A stretch of 27,605 nucleotides of DNA, taken from positions 1-27,605 of IMG/VR virus record IMGVR_UViG_3300044267_004855; one strand, written 5' to 3'. Shown here one piece after another: positions 1 through 5,048 of the stretch. Numbering within the stretch: position 1 is the first letter of the stretch; every line of letters starts with the position of its first letter. This DNA is from a virus (Duplodnaviria > Caudoviricetes). Under the pieces are notes generated by a model. The model saw nothing but the letters and a program-made list of their open reading frames with translations. It made no database searches and had not been told where the DNA came from. Both the position numbers and the translations under genes were made by a program.

Positions 1-10
1 GATGGGGAGC

Positions 11-39
11 AGTCTAACAGAAACTCCCCCAAATGTCAA
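11..39 (-). promoter_or_regulatory. sigma70-type (early) promoter firing leftwards out of the window
   Basis: The minus strand reads TTGACA (39-34), 17 nt, TAGACT (16-11), with TG in the extended -10 position. Confidence 0.65.
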
Positions 40-106
40 GAGAGTTTATGATATATTACAGCAGTATATTCATTTCCAGACATACAAGATTTTCTAAATA
101 TTATAC

Positions 107-135
107 TTGACTTTATTACAGTTTGGGTTTATAAT
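107..135 (+). promoter_or_regulatory. sigma70-type early promoter
   Basis: TTGACT (107-112), 17 nt, TATAAT (130-135), ending 38 nt upstream of the ATG at 174. A CTAAATA late-like core lies just upstream (94-100). Confidence 0.85.
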
Positions 136-173
136 TACAATAGTAAAACTAACACATTCTCCCCCCTAATCTG

Positions 174-332
174 ATGTCAGTTCTTTACACACCAACCAAG
201 AATAAGCAAGTGAGAGTAACACTAACTCTTTCTGTGTTAAGTGATTTTAATGCCAGACAGATTGATTGGAGAAAGTTATTTGAATTAGAGGATAATGAGT
301 CTGTGGAAAGTTATATTGAAGAGTTGCAATAA
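174..332 (+). CDS. small hypothetical phage protein, 52 aa (not in ORF track)
   Basis: ATG174-TAA332 translates to MSVLYTPTKNKQVRVTLTLSVLSDFNARQIDWRKLFELEDNESVESYIEELQ. It sits directly behind a near-consensus promoter and resembles small early cyanomyovirus proteins (recollection, not searched). Confidence 0.75.
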   Translation: MSVLYTPTKNKQVRVTLTLSVLSDFNARQIDWRKLFELEDNESVESYIEELQ

Positions 333-349
333 GTCACACTAAATGTTAC

Positions 350-378
350 TGGACCTGAGTAAGTCTGTAAACTATTCA
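350..378 (+). other. predicted compact H-type RNA pseudoknot in intergenic leader
   Basis: S1 is GGAC(351-354)/GTCT(363-366) and S2 is TGAGTA(356-361)/TATTCA(373-378). Each stem has one G-U pair. Loops are C, A and GTAAAC. Confidence 0.5.
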
Positions 379-393
379 TTATACTTTATCATT

Positions 394-504
394 ATGATTA
401 TGTCTAAGAACTTCGCACTTTATCTTCTTGATGTTGCTAACAATGGACAGGAGATATTAGCAGTGCTAGATGACATTTATGAGGTGCAATCTACAGTGCT
501 ATAA
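394..504 (+). CDS. small acidic hypothetical protein, 36 aa (34 aa if start is at 400; not in ORF track)
   Basis: MIMSKNFALYLLDVANNGQEILAVLDDIYEVQSTVL* has a two-helix amphipathic pattern around an NNG turn and fills the gap between the pseudoknot and the next promoter. Confidence 0.65.
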   Translation: MIMSKNFALYLLDVANNGQEILAVLDDIYEVQSTVL

Positions 505-529
505 GTGTTAACAACTGTGTAGGCACTAA

Positions 530-558
530 TTGACAACAACTGGTTAGGGTGCTATTAT
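530..558 (+). promoter_or_regulatory. sigma70-type early promoter with extended -10
   Basis: TTGACA (530-535), 17 nt, TATTAT (553-558), preceded by TG at 550-551. Confidence 0.75.
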
Positions 559-733
559 ACACATAGTGCCCTAATCTTATTAGTATTAGTATTAGTGAAT
601 GGACAGTATTTGTGTGGTTATATGTTATTATTATGGGGTGCGTGATCGAAAAAAAGTAAACAACCCTAACCTACAGAGGTGACAAATTGAGAGAGAGATA
701 TCAATATTAAAAAATTTTTCCCTATAAAAAAAA

Positions 734-838
734 ATGCCCATGAAGTTTTTACTCTTATTACCTTTTAAAATAGGTAATTTTTTTATGTGGACTGCCCTTG
801 GAGTAATTGCAGTCACCATATATAATTTGATATTCTGA
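734..838 (+). CDS. putative small single-pass membrane peptide, 34 aa (32 aa from ATG740; not in ORF track)
   Basis: MPMKFLLLLPFKIGNFFMWTALGVIAVTIYNLIF* is almost wholly hydrophobic. Its stop is 6 nt before the next ATG (845), suggesting an operon. Confidence 0.55.
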   Translation: MPMKFLLLLPFKIGNFFMWTALGVIAVTIYNLIF

Positions 839-844
839 CATAAA

Positions 845-1072
845 ATGGACACCACTACATATCACATATACGCTAAAGATAAGGTATTATATTGTAATTT
901 GCCCCAAGATGATTTTGAGGAGAAGTGGGAGATGTTACATGTAATGGTAGATTTATTAGATAGTAATTACAGGAAGGAAGATTTATCATATATTAAGTTA
1001 GGACCTAAGTGTGGAGTTGGAGGACCTGGTAGGGTTATCCAGAATGAGCAATGGGAAGAAGATTCTTATTGA
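845..1072 (+). CDS. hypothetical cyanophage protein, 75 aa
   Basis: ORF track. YHIYAKDKVLY...EDSY is the type of small acidic protein recalled upstream of the glycosyltransferase in cyanomyoviruses. Co-oriented with its neighbours. Confidence 0.8.
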   Translation: MDTTTYHIYAKDKVLYCNLPQDDFEEKWEMLHVMVDLLDSNYRKEDLSYIKLGPKCGVGGPGRVIQNEQWEEDSY

Positions 1073-1097
1073 CATTCTACATATATGATAGTATAAT
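1069..1097 (+). promoter_or_regulatory. perfect-consensus sigma70 promoter for the glycosyltransferase operon
   Basis: TTGACA (1069-1074, overlapping the upstream TGA stop), 17 nt, TATAAT (1092-1097). A GAAGGA Shine-Dalgarno-like sequence precedes ATG1121. Confidence 0.9.
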
Positions 1098-1120
1098 TGA
1101 ATTGAAGGAATTACACAATT

Positions 1121-1888
1121 ATGGCAAAAGGATTTACTGTTAAAGCAGCATCACCTAAACCCAAAGCAGATACCTGGGATTATGGTGCAATCAAAGAAAG
1201 AATGAAAGGTAAGACTATAGTATTTTGCTTACCAGGTAGGGGTTGCTCATATATCTTCTTAAAGAATTTTGTGCAGTTATGTTTTGACATGGTGCAGAAT
1301 GGAATGAGTATTCAGATTAGTCAGGATTACTCATCTATGGTTAACTTTGCACGTTGTAAGGTATTAGGTGCTAATGTATTACGTGGACCTAAGCAGATAC
1401 CTTGGGATGGTAAATTAGAGTATGACTATCAGTTATGGATAGACTCTGATATTGTCTTTAACACAGAAAAATTCTGGCAGTTGTGTGATGTAGCAGTACC
1501 AGCTGAAGGAGATGAGAGAAGAATTAGTGCAGGATGGTATGCCACTGAAGATGGCACAACTACCTCAGTAGCACACTGGTTAGAGGAAGATGATTTCAGA
1601 AAGAATGGTGGAGTCATGAATCATGAGACAGTAGAAACTATGAGTAAGAGAAGAAAGCCTTTTACTGTAGACTATACTGGATTTGGTTGGGTCATGATTA
1701 AGAAGGGAGTATTTGAGAATTTACCTTATCCTTGGTTTGCTCCTAAGATGCAAGTCTTTGAGTCTGGTGCAGTACAGGATATGTGTGGTGAAGACGTCTC
1801 ATTCTGTTTAGATGCAATTGAAGCAGGGGATGAGATCTGGTGCGACCCTCGTATTAGGGTGGGTCATGAAAAAACTAGGGTAATTTAG
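1121..1888 (+). CDS. putative GT-A fold (family 2-like) glycosyltransferase, conserved in T4-like cyanophages
   Basis: Motifs typical of GT-A enzymes: NFARCKV, DxD motif (LWIDSDIVF), TGFGWVMIKKGVFE, GEDVSFC and C-terminal RVGHEK. Confidence 0.8.
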   Translation: MAKGFTVKAASPKPKADTWDYGAIKERMKGKTIVFCLPGRGCSYIFLKNFVQLCFDMVQNGMSIQISQDYSSMVNFARCKVLGANVLRGPKQIPWDGKLEYDYQLWIDSDIVFNTEKFWQLCDVAVPAEGDERRISAGWYATEDGTTTSVAHWLEEDDFRKNGGVMNHETVETMSKRRKPFTVDYTGFGWVMIKKGVFENLPYPWFAPKMQVFESGAVQDMCGEDVSFCLDAIEAGDEIWCDPRIRVGHEKTRVI

Positions 1889-1898
1889 GAGACCTCTA

Positions 1899-2102
1899 AT
1901 GACACTATCAAAACAAGTACAAGAGTCTCTTGATGAGGCTCAATCAAATTTAAGGAATGCTCTTGCCTTTAGTGCAAGAAGTGAGGAACCTTATGTTAGT
2001 AAACACATTGCTGATATAATGGCATCCATAGAGAATATAAAGCATGTTACTGATCTACTAGCGATCTCTGATAAGGTAATTAAAGAATTGGAGGATAAGT
2101 AA
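1899..2102 (+). CDS. hypothetical alpha-helical protein, 67 aa
   Basis: ORF track. AGGAG SD at about 1887-1891. Its stop overlaps the next start (TAATG). Confidence 0.8.
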   Translation: MTLSKQVQESLDEAQSNLRNALAFSARSEEPYVSKHIADIMASIENIKHVTDLLAISDKVIKELEDK

Positions 2103-2245
2103 TGCCAGTCAAAAAATCTCTCTCTGGTACCGAATTTGTAGAGACCATACCTAAAAAGACGTATCAAGGTAGGGGCAAACATACTAAGTATGCTGCCACT
2201 AGTGCCAATAAACCTAAGAAAAGGTATAGAGGACAAGGAAGATAG
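2102..2245 (+). CDS. small basic protein ending in KRYRGQGR, 47 aa (not in ORF track)
   Basis: MPVKKSLSGTEFVETIPKKTYQGRGKHTKYAATSANKPKKRYRGQGR*. GGAGG SD upstream, TAATG coupling with the previous gene and a terminator immediately after. The YRGQG C-terminus is recalled from small marine-phage proteins. Confidence 0.85.
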   Translation: MPVKKSLSGTEFVETIPKKTYQGRGKHTKYAATSANKPKKRYRGQGR

Positions 2246-2389
2246 TTAAAAGGACTCTTTGAGTCCTTTTTTAATGAGTAATTTTAAATTATTTCTTTTA
2301 TACCATCTTTCATCATCTGAAAAAGGTGGCAAATAGGGTTTTAACCAGAAGAGAGTTTCCTCCTCTGGTCTTATTTTTGTTATGTTCAT
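2246..2389 (-). CDS. possible small minus-strand protein, 47 aa (MNITKIRPEEETLFWLKPYLPPFSDDERWYKRNNLKLLIKKGLKESF)
   Basis: This is the 3' part of track ORF 2246..2446. A minus-strand CTAAATA late-promoter core (2419-2413) lies about 24 nt upstream of ATG2389. The last codons overlap the terminator, which weakens the call. Confidence 0.4.
   Translation of the reverse strand: MNITKIRPEEETLFWLKPYLPPFSDDERWYKRNNLKLLIKKGLKESF
2248..2272 (+). terminator. intrinsic terminator (potentially bidirectional)
   Basis: AAAAGGACTC-TTT-GAGTCCTTTTTT directly after the stop at 2245. Confidence 0.85.
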
Positions 2390-2585
2390 GGTTCTCAGGC
2401 CAATATAACTTTTATTTAGGCGGAGTTTTCCACATGACAAACTCATGACATCAAAAAAACCCCTAAGGACTACTCCAAAAGGGTTTTTTATACGAAAATT
2501 GCCATTAAAGCCTGAGAACCAATGACACTTTATTTAGTCGCCTAAATAAGACCCCCCTGAAAACAGGGTTTGGTCTTGTGGAAAA
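2386..2585. repeat. permuted triple inverted-repeat element (A-B-C...A'-B'-C') with internal hairpins
   Basis: A: TGGTTCTCAGGC 2389-2400 / GCCTGAGAACCA 2510-2521. B: TTATTTAGGCG 2412-2422 / CGCCTAAATAA 2539-2549. C: TTTTCCACA 2426-2434 / TGTGGAAAA 2577-2585. Confidence 0.85.
2454..2489. terminator. symmetric terminator-like hairpin in the centre of the repeat element
   Basis: AAAAAACCC-CTAA-GGA-CTAC-TCC-AAAA-GGGTTTTTT, with A and T tails on both sides. Confidence 0.45.
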
Positions 2586-2605
2586 TATATTTGCGTAATA
2601 ATACA

Positions 2606-2614
2606 CATAAATAA
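2606..2614 (+). promoter_or_regulatory. T4-like late promoter (gp55-type) for the baseplate operon
   Basis: CATAAATAA about 20 nt before the gp25 ATG. The same 9-mer precedes gp8 and gp13 and matches the NATAAATA late consensus. Confidence 0.8.
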
Positions 2615-2634
2615 CTTATATTTAACGTTGTTTC

Positions 2635-3036
2635 ATGCCTGTAGAAAGGATTAGTAAGGGGTTTAAGGACATTAGCATGTCTTTTGAGGTAAATCCCATC
2701 CATAACGACCTTATAGGGGTTATAAATGACACTGCTATTTCACGTTCTATTAGGAATTTAGTGCTTACTACTCCTGGTGAACGTTTTTTTAATGAAGATC
2801 TAGGGTCAAAAGTAAGTGAAGTCTTATTCGATACTATCGATGAGATATCTGCTTCTGTAATTAGGGATGAAATTGAACAAACTATCCTTAGGTTTGAGCC
2901 TAGAGTGAAATTAACAGACGTAAAAGTTAATCCTGACTTTGATAACCATCAATTTGATGTCACTATTACCTATGATATCATAGGAATTGAAGCTCTTCCT
3001 CAACAATTAAACTTTGCACTACAGCCTACAAGATAA
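2635..3036 (+). CDS. gp25: baseplate wedge subunit gp25
   Basis: Motifs FKDISMSF, AISRSIRNLVLTTPGERFFNEDLGS and FEPRV of the GPW/gp25 family. Abuts gp6. Confidence 0.95.
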   Translation: MPVERISKGFKDISMSFEVNPIHNDLIGVINDTAISRSIRNLVLTTPGERFFNEDLGSKVSEVLFDTIDEISASVIRDEIEQTILRFEPRVKLTDVKVNPDFDNHQFDVTITYDIIGIEALPQQLNFALQPTR

Positions 3037-5043
3037 ATGGCACTAGTAAACTTTACAGATTTAGATTTCGATCAAATAAAGACATCCTTAACGGATTATT
3101 TGAGAGAAAATTCTAATTTTACTGACTATGATTTTGAAGGATCTAATCTTTCTAACATAATTGATGTCTTAGCATACAATACTTACATTAGTTCCTACAA
3201 TGCTAACATGATTAGCAATGAGGTTTTTATAGATAGTGCTACTTTAAGAGAAAATGTAGTATCATTAGCAAGAAATATTGGTTATACACCTAGATCAAGG
3301 ACAGCAGCAAAGGCAATAATTTCATTTTTTGTAGATACAACTGGATTTACTACTAAACCTGTCACATTAACCCTTAAAAAAGGTATTGTAAGCACTTCTG
3401 CTTCAATATATGGGTCAGAAAGTTACTCTTTTTCCATTCCAAGTGATATTACAGTGCCTGTAGTTGATGGAATTGCTACTTTTAGTAATGTTACAATATA
3501 TGAAGGGACATTTTTAACCTCAAATTTCACTGTTTCTGCAGAAACACCTGCTCCACCTTCAAGATATACCTTAGATAACTCATATATTGACACTTCTACT
3601 CTAGAAGTTACTATAAGAGACACTGAATCTAGCACTTCTTCTAAAAAATACGTATTTTCTGATACTTTAATAGAAGTTACTTCATCATCTAGGGTCTATT
3701 TTCTTCAAGAAATAGAAGATCAGAGATATGAGTTGATTTTTGGTGATGGAGTCTTTGGTGAAAAGTTAAAAGCATTAAATTATATTGAAGTTTCTTATAT
3801 TACTAGTAGTGGACCAGAAGGAAATGGAATTTCTTCCTTTGCTTTTAATGGAAGGATAGTTGATAACAATAATAATCTTGTAAGTACTGGAATTTCTATA
3901 CTTTCTAGTGTAAGTGAGTCTGTTGGAGGTAAAGAAATTGAATCTGTAGATTCAATTAAGCGTTTTGCACCTAAAATTTACTCAGCATACAATAGAGCAG
4001 TCACAGCAGCTGATTATGAGGCATTAATTCCTAAAATTTACCCAGAAACTCAGTCTGTATCAGTTTTTGGGGGAGAAGAATTGTCTCCTCCAAAATATGG
4101 AAAGGTTTTTGTAACAATTAAACCATTTTATGGTCCATATGTGCCAGATTCTATTAAAACTAACCTTAACACAATGTTAAGAAAGTATTCTGTTGCTGGA
4201 ATTGTAACAGAAATCTTAGATCTTAAATATTTGTATATTGAAAGTCATGTTAATGCTTATTATAACCCAAATTTAGCATCTAGTGGAGATGCTGTTAAAG
4301 CAGTCATATCTAACAATATTAATTCATATGCAGATTCTTCTGAAATGAATAAATATGGTGCTAAATTTAAATATAGTAGATTTCAAGCTGTTGTAGATAA
4401 TAGCAATCAATCAGTAACTTCTAATATTACTAAAATAGAAATAAGACGTGATTTAAAACCATCCTTAAATCAAAATGCAGAATATGAACTTTGTTTTGGT
4501 AATCCATTTTATATAAAAAATAATAAGGGATATAATATAAAATCATCAGGATTTAATGTATTTGGAATAGCAGATACTGTTTATATGAGTGATTCTCCTA
4601 ATGAAGATGGAAAAACAGGATCATTATTCTTGTTTACTTTGGCATCCAGGTCCAATCCTACAATTATTTCTGGAAATATTGGTAGTGTTGATTATGAAAG
4701 AGCTGAAATATTAATTAAACCTATTAATATAGTTGGAACATCTAAAAATGTGCAAAATATTCCTATAATAGAAATTTCTGCTTGTCCTAAATCTAATGAT
4801 ATTATTGGATTGCAAGATTTATATTTACAATTAGATATTGGTAACAGCACCATTGATATGGTTCCTGATAATGTTGCTTCTGGTGATAATACATCAGGAA
4901 CTCTTTATACAGCTACTTCAAGTTATATGATAGGTGATATAGCTAGATTAACTGAATCTGAGAGGGCAAATACATCCCTCCTCTCCTCAGATACATATGT
5001 AGTAGGATCTACTAGTATGCCACAGGCCGCCCCTCAATACTAA
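3037..5043 (+). CDS. gp6: baseplate wedge subunit gp6
   Basis: LDFDQIKTSL..YL, FTDYDFEGSNLSNIIDVLAYNT, DSATLRENVVSLARNIGYTPRS, FGDGVFG, NRAVTAADY. Length 668 aa. Confidence 0.95.
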   Translation: MALVNFTDLDFDQIKTSLTDYLRENSNFTDYDFEGSNLSNIIDVLAYNTYISSYNANMISNEVFIDSATLRENVVSLARNIGYTPRSRTAAKAIISFFVDTTGFTTKPVTLTLKKGIVSTSASIYGSESYSFSIPSDITVPVVDGIATFSNVTIYEGTFLTSNFTVSAETPAPPSRYTLDNSYIDTSTLEVTIRDTESSTSSKKYVFSDTLIEVTSSSRVYFLQEIEDQRYELIFGDGVFGEKLKALNYIEVSYITSSGPEGNGISSFAFNGRIVDNNNNLVSTGISILSSVSESVGGKEIESVDSIKRFAPKIYSAYNRAVTAADYEALIPKIYPETQSVSVFGGEELSPPKYGKVFVTIKPFYGPYVPDSIKTNLNTMLRKYSVAGIVTEILDLKYLYIESHVNAYYNPNLASSGDAVKAVISNNINSYADSSEMNKYGAKFKYSRFQAVVDNSNQSVTSNITKIEIRRDLKPSLNQNAEYELCFGNPFYIKNNKGYNIKSSGFNVFGIADTVYMSDSPNEDGKTGSLFLFTLASRSNPTIISGNIGSVDYERAEILIKPINIVGTSKNVQNIPIIEISACPKSNDIIGLQDLYLQLDIGNSTIDMVPDNVASGDNTSGTLYTATSSYMIGDIARLTESERANTSLLSSDTYVVGSTSMPQAAPQY

Positions 5044-5048
5044 TATCA

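Noticed and set aside
350-378. Possible hammerhead ribozyme (CTGAGTA ... GTAAAC)
   Set aside because: It lacks the CUGANGA and GAAA cores and the three-stem junction. A pseudoknot fits better.
544-669. TTAGGG/CCCTAA telomere-like hexamers
   Set aside because: These are isolated copies explained as inverted-repeat arms, not a tandem array.
631-855. 74-aa minus-strand ORF from the track
   Set aside because: It is antisense to the 734-838 ORF, overlaps the 845 gene and crosses homopolymer non-coding DNA, with no promoter or SD support.
1429-2236. Minus-strand ORFs 1429..1617 and 1991..2236
   Set aside because: Antisense shadows of well-supported plus-strand genes.
2390-2446. 5' extension of the minus ORF to ATG2446
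   Set aside because: It runs through the repeat element and lies upstream of the putative late promoter. ATG2389 is the more plausible start.
2522-2545. 7-codon ORF MTLYLVA after repeat A'
   Set aside because: Too short to support and has no SD. Noted only because both copies of repeat A are followed by an ATG.
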